From contig NC_068995.1 in NCBI RefSeq assembly GCF_001194135.2, forward strand, positions 16,842,752 through 16,906,751: 64,000 nucleotides of DNA. Direction: 5' to 3'. Below are positions 53,005-63,818 of the stretch, piece by piece. The notes beneath the pieces are model-generated. The model saw nothing but the letters and a program-made list of their open reading frames with translations. It was not told the origin of the DNA and searched no databases. Both the position numbers and the translations under genes were made by a program. Positions within the stretch are counted from its first letter, which is position 1, and the number at the start of each line of letters is the position of its first letter. This DNA comes from Octopus bimaculoides. Taxonomy: Eukaryota.

Positions 53005-53873
53005 TAGGGTGCGGTGAATATATTGTCATCTAAATTGCGCAAAAATGAAAGCAACACTGACATCTAATTTTAACAGATATAGTTTATCTTGGAATATTAA
53101 GGAGGATATTTATTCAATAAAAACTTCATTGGCTTCAATCACGACCTACAGACGACTTCGGAATCTCCTGCAACTTATCTGGACGGTCTTGTTTAAGTTA
53201 GTGAATGATGCCATAATCCTTGTCTTCAGTTCATGTTTGGTGTTACAAGGAGTTTTGTTGGTCTCTCGCTCAACTGCGCCCCACACATGATAATGAAAGG
53301 GGGTGCAGTCGGGGGAGTTAGGTGGCCAGATGGTAGGGTGTGATGTGGTTGCAGAATTTGTCTGACAGCTATGAGTGGGTTTTTCTGCTTGAGTGGCAAG
53401 CTACAGGGTCCTGTTGCCAGACATAGCGTCTTCCATCAGCCACTCTCTTGACCCAGGGCAGTACTACCTTCTCTAAGCATTTGATGTAGGCCTCCGTGTT
53501 AAGTGTGAGACTGTGATGAACGGAAGATGAATGGAGGCATAACATCGCCATCACTAGTGATCGCTCCAAACACCATGAAGTTGACCGGATGTTCGACTTT
53601 TATAACTCTTGGTACATGCTTTGGGGGCGCAGCAAGCCAACAGCTGTTCTGTTTGTTCAACCTCCATTTGTACTGGAGCTTCGGTGCAAATGCCAAACAT
53701 ACAGCATGTCGTTTCTAAATTTCTGGCAGAGTGAATGAAGTCGTGGAGCTGTTTTTCTCACAGACGGTTTCCAACTGACCCTACTATACACTTTTAGTTC
53801 ACAAAATTAAAAACGAACAATACGCATGCAGGAAATTAAAAATATGAAATGGCGACAATTTACACATCGCACC

Positions 53874-53876
<3 letters not shown>
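53005..53876 (-). mobile_element. maT/DD37D Tc1-mariner element, internally deleted, with imperfect TIRs
   Basis: The ends tagggtgcggtgaatatattgtc and tagggtgcgatgtgtaaattgtc are inverted, with TA on the left. Peptides: HPVNFMVFGAITSDGDVMPPFIF, LNTEAYIKCLEKVVLPWV, YVWQQD, then 37 residues to the third D position (mutated to H in ..DCTPFHYHVWG). Confidence 0.92.
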
Positions 53877-53911
<35 letters not shown>

Positions 53912-53970
53912 GTGTGTGTGTGTGCGCGTGTGTGTGTCTGTGTGAATGTGTGTGTGTGAGTGTGTGTGTG

Positions 53971-54018
53971 CATGAAATTAAAAATATATGTTGGTGACAC
54001 TTTACTCATGGCACCCTG

Positions 54019-54020
<2 letters not shown>
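53971..54020 (-). mobile_element. Isolated second maT-type terminus
   Basis: gaaattaaaaatat...gacactttactcatggcaccctgta repeats the layout of the 53830-53876 end. Confidence 0.7.
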
Positions 54021-54069
<49 letters not shown>

Positions 54070-54322
54070 ATATATATATATATACACACATATTTTCTGG
54101 ATACCTACAGTTTCTGGCAGTGGACTATAGAGCAAGTGATTTCTGTTGTGCGATAAGTGGCCTACCAACATTCTTTCAATTACATCTTTCATGTATCTAA
54201 AAAGAATTACCAGATATATTTATATATGTTTACATTCTTGAACATAGGCATTAAAAACTAAAAAGTATAGTCAAAATGCATTATATAAATATATGTATAT
54301 GTGTGTATATATATATATATAC

Positions 54323-54373
<51 letters not shown>

Positions 54374-54704
54374 AGTGTGTGTGTGTGTGTATGTGTATAT
54401 ATATATATGTATACTCACACACACACACGCACATATATAAATATACGGGAGTAAGCACGTAAATGCGTAACACGCTGGAAAAAATAGTACTCGAATACCA
54501 GAGGTAGAGTCATATGCTTTATTGAAAAGCATCAAAAATAGCGCAAAAAACTGTTACTCAGAGTTTCGCGCTCTTGTTTGTCGGACAGTTTTGTTTAGAA
54601 GATATGAATATATATATATATATGTGTATATATATATATATATATTCATATATATATATATATTCATATATTCTAAACAATGCATGCATACATGTATCTA
54701 CATA

Positions 54705-54748
<44 letters not shown>

Positions 54749-54981
54749 TGCCTATGTGTGTATCTATATGTATATATGTATTTATATAAATGTATATGTA
54801 TATATACCTTGACACACACACATATATATGTATAAACATATATAATAGATATGTATATATATACACATACGTAAATTTATATTCATGTATCTAAAAAGAA
54901 TTTTTTCATCATGTAACCTCGTGGGCATCGGTACCATTTTCCTCTTTCTCCGTTCTTCCATTCTCCGAACTTTCCATCTTT

Positions 54982-55008
54982 CCGACGAAGGGCTACGCCC
55001 GAAACGTC
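54982..55008 (+). ncRNA. Minimal type I hammerhead-ribozyme-like motif (probably inactive copy) in a Penelope-like end
   Basis: C-C-GACGA (CUGANGA with U4 to C), an extra A, stem II GGGC-tac-GCCC, GAAA, palindromic ACGU stem III, and a GUC cleavage triplet. Stem I pairing is poor. Confidence 0.6.
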
Positions 55009-56372
55009 ATACACTCTCTCTTTCCTTTCCTGAGCGTCCAATAATACTATCCATATCACGTCCTCACTTTGTTGTTTTTTTGTTTTTTTGTTATTGTTTT
55101 TTTGAACTATATATATATATATATATATNNNNNNNNNNNNNNNNNNNNNNNNNNNNNNNNNNNNNNNNNNNNNNNNNNNNNNNNNNNNNNNNNNNNNNNN
55201 NNNNNNNNNNNNNNNNNNNNNNNNNNNNNNNNNNNNNNNNNNNNNNNNNNNNNNNNNNNNNNNNNNNNNNNNNNNNNNNNNNNNNNNNNNNNNNNNNNNN
55301 NNNNNNNNNNNNNNNNNNNNNNNNNNNNNNNNNNNNNNNNNNNNNNNNNNNNNNNNNNNNNNNNNNNNNNNNNNNNNNNNNNNNNNNNNNNNNNNNNNNN
55401 NNNNNNNNNNNNNNNNNNNNNNNNNNNNNNNNNNNNNNNNNNNNNNNNNNNNNNNNNNNNNNNNNNNNNNNNNNNNNNNNNNNNNNNNNNNNNNNNNNNN
55501 NNNNNNNNNNNNNNNNNNNNNNNNNNNNNNNNNNNNNNNNNNNNNNNNNNNNNNNNNNNNNNNNNNNNNNNNNNNNNNNNNNNNNNNNNNNNNNNNNNNN
55601 NNNNNNNNNNNNNNNNNNNNNNNNNNNNNNNNNNNNNNNNNNNNNNNNNNNNNNNNNNNNNNNNNNNNNNNNNNNNNNNNNNNNNNNNNNNNNNNNNNNN
55701 NNNNNNNNNNNNNNNNNNNNNNNNNNNNNNNNNNNNNNNNNNNNNNNNNNNNNNNNNNNNNNNNNNNNNNNNNNNNNNNNNNNNNNNNNNNNNNNNNNNN
55801 NNNNNNNNNNNNNNNNNNNNNNNNNNNNNNNNNNNNNNNNNNNNNNNNNNNNNNNNNNNNNNNNNNNNNNNNNNNNNNNNNNNNNNNNNNNNNNNNNNNN
55901 NNNNNNNNNNNNNNNNNNNNNNNNNNNNNNNNNNNNNNNNNNNNNCCCTCCCTCTCCCCTTCCCTCCCTCTCCTCCTTCTCCTCTATCCTTCCGTATTCC
56001 ACACGCACATACCGTCATATGCCTGAAAATTGTTACCACGTTTAGCAATTGGTATTCTCGCTTTGATATTTAGTTTCTCAACGCGACTTTCCTAATTGGC
56101 ATCAATCGTTTTTCCCCTCCTTTCCTTCAATCATTATCTACTACATTCACTTCTTATGTTATTCCATTGATGTTCCCCCCTATTCTTTTGATGTTATGCA
56201 GGCTGATCATCCTCAAAAGAAAAACGGGGGCGAAAAAATGTACCAAATTTTTATTTTCTTACAGGTTCTTTCAAAACGAATCAGAAGAAAATACCAAATG
56301 ATTCGTTTGCGTATGATAATTTGTACAGAATATTTCTATAATTTTTCTATAATTTTTCTTACAGAGACTTAC

Positions 56373-56400
56373 CTAGAGTAGTTTGCTGCTCATTTTGAAT
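56373..56400 (-). CDS. Candidate 28-nt exon
   Basis: Acceptor gatactttacag| and donor TAG|GTAAGT; open phase 0 to 1 as IQNEQQTTL. Confidence 0.25.
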
Positions 56401-56718
56401 CTGTAAAGTATCCCATATTCATATGTTCAGTTACATTAGTTATGTATAAACAATGTTTTTTTTTAAAATTGTTGTGTATAACCCGTTGTTTATCGCTTAA
56501 TGACAGTGGGATCGGCAAGGAGTATGAATATTTTTAAATTCTAACATAAATATATCTTTCCTGGCTGGAACGCGGAATGACACATACGCACACATAGATA
56601 TAGGTACAGGCCCGCGCTCGCACATATACGCGGTCACACACAGCATAAGACTTGCTATGACATCTATGTCTATATGTTTATAAGACCTCTATAAACCTCT
56701 ACATTTCTATAAGTTAAA

Positions 56719-56761
<43 letters not shown>

Positions 56762-57285
56762 NNNNNNNNNNNNNNNNNNNNNNNNNNNNNNNNNNNNNNN
56801 NNNNNNNNNNNNNNNNNNNNNNNNNNNNNNNNNNNNNNNNNNNNNNNNNNNNNNNNNNNNNNNNNNNNNNNNNNNNNNNNNNNNNNNNNNNNNNNNNNNN
56901 NNNNNNNNNNNNNNNNNNNNNNNNNNNNNNNNNNNNNNNNNNNNNNNNNNNNNNNNNNNNNNNNNNNNNNNNNNNNNNNNNNNNNNNNNNNNNNNNNNNN
57001 NNNNNNNNNNNNNNNNNNNNNNNNNNNNNNNNNNNNNNNNNNNNNNNNNNNNNNNNNNNNNNNNNNNNNNNNNNNNNNNNNNNNNNNNNNNNNNNNNNNN
57101 NNNNNNNNNNNNNNNNNNNNNNNNNNNNNNNNNNNNNNNNNNNNNNNNNNNNNNNNNNNNNNNNNNNNNNNNNNNNNNNNNNNNNNNNNNNNNNNNNNNN
57201 NNNNNNNNNNNNNNNNNNNNNNNNNNNNNNNNNNNNNNNNNNNNNNNNNNNNNNNNNNNNNNNNNNNNNNNNNNNNNNNNNNNNN

Positions 57286-57327
<42 letters not shown>

Positions 57328-57396
57328 TATATAAACATGCATATATCCATAGATATATGTACATACCTACATCTATATGTATACATACATGAATAT

Positions 57397-57580
57397 ATGG
57401 GTACAGGACATCACAAAAACGTTAAACATTATGAGAAACGAAACCATAAAGGCGAAACAGAAAACGAACTTTTTTTGAACAATGAAATATAAAAACAGAG
57501 AAACGAGACATGCAACATAAAGAGTATAACCCTTCGTCAGTTGTCCCTGTTCCATCTACTCCGCGTTTACATGCAAAAAT
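57397..57580 (-). mobile_element. Family H element
   Basis: Minus strand: tAAAcgcgga, then 29 nt later CTGACGAaggg, then a T-rich tract, then tcctgtacccatatat. Confidence 0.5.
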
Positions 57581-57737
57581 ACATAATTAGCACGCGTACA
57601 TACACTGATATAAACCTACACACGCACACTCACATATATACAAACATAGGCACACAATCACATACACACATACAGACACATTCACACAAATTCATACACA
57701 CGTACACCTACTCACATACACACACACACACACGCAA

Positions 57738-57804
<67 letters not shown>

Positions 57805-57807
<3 letters not shown>

Positions 57808-58010
57808 TCTTTTACTTGTTTCAATCATTGAAAAGCGGCTATGCTGGAGCAGCGTCTTTTGTCGAACAAATCGGCCCCAGAATTTATTCTTTGTAGGACT
57901 AGTATTTATTTTATCATCTCTTTTGCCAAACCACCAGATTACGGAGATGTAAACATATCATCATCGGATCTCATGCGATGGTGGTGAGGGGTACAAGCAC
58001 AGAAACACAC
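57805..58010 (-). mobile_element. SINE family B 3' half
   Basis: cttttacttgtttcaatcatt...atgctggagcagcg...gccccagaatttattctttgtagg...cttttgccaaacc. Confidence 0.8.
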
Positions 58011-58020
58011 ATACATACAC

Positions 58021-58051
<31 letters not shown>

Positions 58052-58053
<2 letters not shown>

Positions 58054-58230
58054 ATGTGCGATGGCTAATTTGTCGCCATTTCATATTTTTAATTTCCCGC
58101 ATTATCTGTTTTTGATCTTGTCGACTACACTGTACGGTAGAGTCAGTTTGGAAACGTCTGTGAGAGAAACAGCACCATGACACAATTCACTTTACCAGAA
58201 ATTTGAAAACGATATGCTGTACTGCTTGTG
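58052..58230 (+). mobile_element. 5' end of the same maT family as 53005-53876
   Basis: gtgcgatggctaatttgtcgccatttcatatttttaatttcc...gtctgtgagagaaacagcaccatgac...ccagaaattt matches the reverse complement of 53690-53876. Confidence 0.88.
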
Positions 58231-58374
58231 TGTCTATCTGAGGATAAAAGACACCTTTCAGTCTTGAATGACCATAGGGTTGCAACGGCCAGGGCTGTTT
58301 ATGGAAGTAGCAGTCGCTCATGCATACCAGCCTCTCCTCTCTACGACACAGATGTTACCCAATGGAAAGGCAAC

Positions 58375-58550
58375 GGCTGATTCAGTTTGGCACCAGTGAC
58401 GTCGTAAGTCATTTGTACATCTTAGTGAACTGGAGTAACGTGAAATAAGTGTCCTGCTCAAGAGCACAACACACAGCCCAGTCCAGGAATCGGACTCACT
58501 ACCTCATGATTGTGAGTCCGACACTCTAACCACTGAACCATGCATCATTA
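58375..58550 (-). mobile_element. SINE family C
   Basis: Minus strand: tgcatggttcagtggttagagtgtcggactcacaatcatgaggtagtgagtccgattcctgg (tRNA head), then ttgagcaggacacttatttcacg. Confidence 0.85.
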
Positions 58551-59053
58551 TTTATAAACGATAGCGGACAACGTTATTGAATTTATCTCATTTCCAAGAC
58601 AACTGGGTAGGTTTTGAAAGATATTTGACTGCTATTTCTTGTAAATCAAGTGACCACGTGCCGACTCCCTCATTGACTCATTCCCCATGTGTAGATAAAA
58701 TAAAGTACCTGTTGTTAATGGTTGTTAATTCAATCGACTCTGCCCTTTCACTAAAAATGCATGGCATTCCGCCAATGTTAGAACTCATTACTCCTCTATT
58801 ATATTTCTTTTTGATTATTTTCTTCTATCGAACAACGATCAATCACATTGAGTCCACTTCATCTAGATGGTGTTAGATTGAAATTGGGTTGCACTATTAG
58901 CGCAGTGGGAGAAATGTTATCATATACTGATTTTAAACATAGTATTGAAATTTAACGTAGCAGTCAATTTAGTGTCCTAGCCACTTGCAACAGTCGAGTC
59001 GAATCACCTTCTGTGTCTCTCTCTCATTCACTCTCTCTCTTTCTCTTGAGCTG

Positions 59054-59143
<90 letters not shown>

Positions 59144-59226
59144 CATCTATCTATCTGTGTAATTCTCTACATTTGTTTATTTATGTGCATGTGTATCACA
59201 CGCACATATACATGTGTAGATGTTTG

Positions 59227-59294
<68 letters not shown>

Positions 59295-59311
59295 TGTAAT
59301 ATATATACATG

Positions 59312-59502
59312 CTAGAGTGGTAGTCTGGTAAGAAGTTTGGTAAGAAGAAGACCAACCACATTGGTCCGGGTTCAGTCCTCTTGTATGGCACTTTGTACAA
59401 ATCACCTTCTATTATAACCTCGGGCTGACTAGCCGAACAACAACCGGCCAAAGCATTGGGAGTGGATTTTGCGGATGGGAACTAAAAGAAGCCCATCATA
59501 TA

Positions 59503-59542
<40 letters not shown>

Positions 59543-59690
59543 TGTGTGTGTGTGTATGTATGTGTGTTGTATGCACGTGTATGTACATGATCGTGCGCAC
59601 GTGCACCTTTGTGTATGTGCTTGTTCGATTAAACCAATCGAGGTGGTGCCCTTGCATGGCCGCATCCATTGTCTGAAACAAGTAAAATGA
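59312..59690 (+). mobile_element. SINE family B with internal microsatellite and deleted 3' half
   Basis: tggtaagaagttt...ggtccgggttcagtcc...cctcgggctgac...aagaagccc, then (TA)(TG), then gcatggccgcatcc...ctgaaacaagtaaaa. Confidence 0.8.
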
Positions 59691-59699
59691 TATATATAT

Positions 59700-59730
<31 letters not shown>

Positions 59731-60304
59731 CATGTATGTGTTTGTGTACATTTTAAATTATAAGCAGAGAGGTAAAGAATGAAATAATTATGTTGTCGAG
59801 AAAAGAAACGCAGAAATAATAAAAAGTGTATGTGCAATGGACACCCCTCGCCCACACAAATACACACGTATGTATGTATCTCTGTGTCTATGTAACTATC
59901 TATCTGTCCGTGTGTATTTATGTTCGTCGCTGTTATCGTTGGCGAGCCCCAGGCAATCTGTTGAAAGGCAATTCCATGATCAAAGTTATTCCAATCGTTA
60001 CACTCCCATTTTTTTTTTTTTTTACTTAACCAGTGAAGTTTGGTGTTTTATGTATCTTATCAAAAATACTTTGGTGATATTTGAGGGAAGTTTGGCAGTT
60101 ACTTCTTAATGCTAGGGAGGAGACTTAGAAGCTCCAACGTTGTCTCCTGTTGAACTGCAAGAACGGATGTAAACAATACAAGTGCAGGTGAGGCTGTGTG
60201 GAGAGAAGTTTGCTTCCACGTGATTTCAGATTGAGTCCCACGACGCGACAACATGAGACCTTGCTCGTTGAGCACAGGAAGCCGAGTGAATATATATATA
60301 TATA

Positions 60305-60514
60305 TTCTTTCATCCTTTTATTTGTTTCAGTCATTTGACTGCCGTCATGCTGGAGTACTGCCTTTAGTCGAGCAAAGCGACCCCAGGACTTATTCTTTGT
60401 AAGCCTAGTACCTATTATATCGGTCTCTTGCCGAACCGCTAAGTGACGAGGGCGTAAACACACCACCATCGGTTGTCAAGTGATGTTAGGGGGTGGCAAA
60501 CACAGACACACAAA

Positions 60515-60515
<1 letters not shown>
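60305..60515 (-). mobile_element. SINE family B 3' half
   Basis: tttgtttcagtcatttgactgccgtcatgctggag...cgaccccaggacttattctttgtaagcctagtac...ccgaaccgctaag...ccatcggttgtcaag. Confidence 0.9.
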
Positions 60516-60553
<38 letters not shown>

Positions 60554-60821
60554 NNNNNNNNNNNNNNNNNNNNNNNNNNNNNNNNNNNNNNNNNNNNNNN
60601 NNNNNNNNNNNNNNNNNNNNNNNNNNNNNNNNNNNNNNNNNNNNNNNNNNNNNNNNNNNNNNNNNNNNNNNNNNNNNNNNNNNNNNNNNNNNNNNNNNNN
60701 NNNNNNNNNNNNNNNNNNNNNNNNNNNNNNNNNNNNNNNNNNNNNNNNNNNNNNNNNNNNNNNNNNNNNNNNNNNNNNNNNNNNNNNNNNNNNTATATAA
60801 ACTTAATTTATTGATCATGAA

Positions 60822-60929
60822 AGGATAAAAGTCGACCTCGGCGGAATTTGAACTCAGAACGTAAAGACAGACGAAACACCACTAAGCATTTCGTCCGGCG
60901 TGCTAACATTTCTGCCAGCTCACCGCCTT
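60822..60929 (-). mobile_element. SINE family A 5' half
   Basis: aagtcgacctcggcggaatttgaactcagaacgtaaagacagacgaaa...gctaacatttctgccagctcaccgcctt. Confidence 0.93.
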
Positions 60930-61741
60930 AGTGTCTCCCTTAATAATGGAGTGCCAATGAGCTGGATGGCCCTCTTTCTGACGTGGTCCAGAATGTCACG
61001 TTTTAAATAGGAAAATTCGAGCAGAGAAATTTATGCCATAATGAAGCAACTTCCTGCATTTTTTGATAAACATCAGTTTCGAATTCTTAGTTCTTTGACC
61101 ATAGCGGTCAGCACACCTTTATAATGGTTGGGCCTAAAACCCAACAATTTTACCAATAAAAGAATACACGCATTAACACGATTTAAGTTTTTCTGTTTTT
61201 AGTTCCTGGTTGCCGATTACCACTGAGTTCAGACATCCGTTGTTATGGTGTGACTTAAGCAATTTCCAGGACTGAAAACTAGAAAAATATAGAAATCAGG
61301 CTACATTCATTTCGTTTATTCTTTAGTAGACAATATAATCCGCCTATGGATCTTTAAACCTAAACTATAAAGATCACTGTATCAACACTATTATGCACGG
61401 GAAAAAAAAATTGCAAATGTATCAATTATTTGAAATGTATGTTGCGGAGTTAATAATATAACATAGTTACAACCTATTTAATCACAAACACATAGAAGCT
61501 GTTATATATGCATAAATACACACATACAAACACTGTTATATTTACTAGCAAGACTCGTAGAAATTTCTATAATTTTTCTTATTTTTATTTTGATGCATAC
61601 ATTTTATAGTTCATAACAACGTTTCCTTATGTTAAAGAAATTTATGATAATGAGCTAGACAACCGACTGAGGTTATTGAAAAATTATTATTGTATTAGTA
61701 ACAATATGCATAACTACACATTTTATTCTCTCCTCCCCCAG

Positions 61742-61773
<32 letters not shown>

Positions 61774-62124
61774 GTTGTCACATCTCTCTATCATAACTTA
61801 CCTCTTCACCCTTCCCTTACTCTCTTACTATCTGCCTGTCTGACTACCACAAATAAAAATATTGATAGAGGTCAACACGAGATTTATTTCTATTTTAGAG
61901 TGTTACAGTTGAACATATATCGCGACAAACAGAATAATATTATAGATAATTACATTTGTTTATTATATTTATAATAGTTTATATCAGATTATCTGATATA
62001 CACGGACTAAATGTATCGACGTATTAAGTTTCATTGTTCTATATTGTTCGCTTAAATAACGTTGACGCTCTGTTTACTTTCCATCATTTTCATATCAATA
62101 CATTTTTAGTACCAGTAATATAAC

Positions 62125-62322
62125 GTTTCATATTTTGGCACAATGCCGGCAAGAGCGTGAGTTATTTGATTACATTGGCTCCAGTGTTGAAATGATATTT
62201 TATCAACCTCCCAAAGCATAGTCGACCTCGGCAGAATTTGAACCCAGAACGTATAAGAGCCGGAAGAAATGATGCTAAATACTTTGTCCAATTCGTTAAC
62301 GATTCTACCATCTCTCCGCCTC
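62125..62322 (-). mobile_element. SINE family A
   Basis: ttttggcacaatgccggc...gtcgacctcggcagaatttgaacccagaacg...ctccgcctc. Confidence 0.85.
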
Positions 62323-63361
62323 AGTACCAGTAATATTACGAGGGAAAAGATTAACTACATTATCTATCTCCTCCGTAAAAATACAAAACACATTATTCTA
62401 CCTATTAAAGAATTCAATTTAATTATATAAAAATGATTTGAAAATTAAAGCATTTTCTTGTCAAATATTTTCGTTTATTGGTGAAGGATTTATTCCATCG
62501 TTTGAAAGACTCGTTTAGGTTTGTTGCTGATTAGCTCGTATTTCTGTTTCCATTCCAGAGTACTTGACTGGAATATGTTGACGCTAATTACTCTACTATA
62601 TTATCAAATGCGGACTAATGAATAAGATACTTCATACGTCTAACATTTGGTGAATACAAATAAGAAGATTCTTTATACAATGCGAGGCTTGAGTGTTAAT
62701 GAGCGTTGCTCGCAGAATTGTGATAATGTACAAAGAAGAAAGAGAATGGAATGTATTTAGATTGAAGCAAATTCTAAAACGTTAAACATGACACCAGGCA
62801 ATATATTTACGACTATTGGTTGTGTAGCCAGTACCGTAGTGTAGAGCTAGGCGTCTAGCAAGTCAAAATCTGTTAAATGTTTTCAATTCACGCGGAAGCC
62901 ATTTCTATTTAGTTACACTGTAAATATTACAGATTTGGTAAAGCAGGGGTGTTATACAAACTTAGTGAATATGCTATGCAATGTAGGAATGACTGAAGGG
63001 TTAAGAAATTCGTTCCAAAACCTTGTGGATCGTGTTTCCCTGAGGAGTCATATAACGTATCGTCTTCTAATATAACCTTCATTTTATTAATACCATTTGG
63101 GTGGAATTTGTGAGAAAGACCTTGTGTGTTTGTGTATGTATGTTTGTATGCGTGCGTGTATTTGTGTGTTGTGTGCGCGTGTGAATAAATGTCGAATAAG
63201 AATATCGTTTAAAAGGAATATTAAGAATAACAACAGAATATTTTACTATTAAAAATACTTTATTCCGAAAGTAGAATCAAATTCATCATAAATTTCTTTT
63301 TTTACTTTGGATTTAAGTTTCGCCTGACGGCTTACACAGCCAGTCTGTATTTCTATCACTT

Positions 63362-63570
63362 TTGGCGATGAAATGCCCAAATCGTTACCGCGCCTGGAAA
63401 AATGCTTAGCAGCATTTCGTCCGTTTTACCTTCTGAGTTCAAACTCCACAGGTTTTGCCTTTCGTTCTTTAAGGGTCTATAAAACAAGAACCAATTGAAT
63501 ACTTGGGTCGATGTAATCGACTTACGACCTCCCACGATCTTGCTGGCCTTGTGCCAAAATTAGAAACCCA
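63362..63570 (+). mobile_element. SINE family A
   Basis: aaatgcttagcagcatttcgtccg...ctgagttcaaactcc...tgggtcgatgtaatcgacttac...gctggccttgtgccaaaattagaaacc. Confidence 0.88.
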
Positions 63571-63739
63571 TATTTGTATCATTTTTAACGCTTTTGTATA
63601 TTGGCAAAACGTGTAAACATCGGTGCAAAAAAAGCGCAGAAGCGGTGCAGTTCTTTGAACGAAGTCATTTCGAATATTTGCTCTACCTCTAGCTATAGAC
63701 AGTTCCTTGCCGTCATTCTTTCTTCTAGTAAAGCAGACT

Positions 63740-63818
63740 GTGAAGAACTTGGCCCGTGAGGAACTTGGCCCATGTGGAACTTGGCCCGTGAAAAACTTTC
63801 CTGTGAGGAACTTGCAGC
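63740..63818. repeat. 16-bp minisatellite (gtgaggaacttggccc), about 5 units
   Basis: Units start at 63740, 63756, 63772, 63788 and 63803; the last two are degenerate. Confidence 0.9.

Noticed and set aside
21897-56362. Short 10-20 bp direct duplications at about 21900, 32377, 32772, 33750 and 56334
   Set aside because: Ordinary replication-slippage duplications. There is no repeat-spacer structure, so they are not CRISPR-like.
208-60828. Dozens of long ORFs of the YIYI, ERER, CVCV, HTHT, LSLS, poly-X and poly-L/V/I types
   Set aside because: They are translations of microsatellites and N-gaps, not genes.
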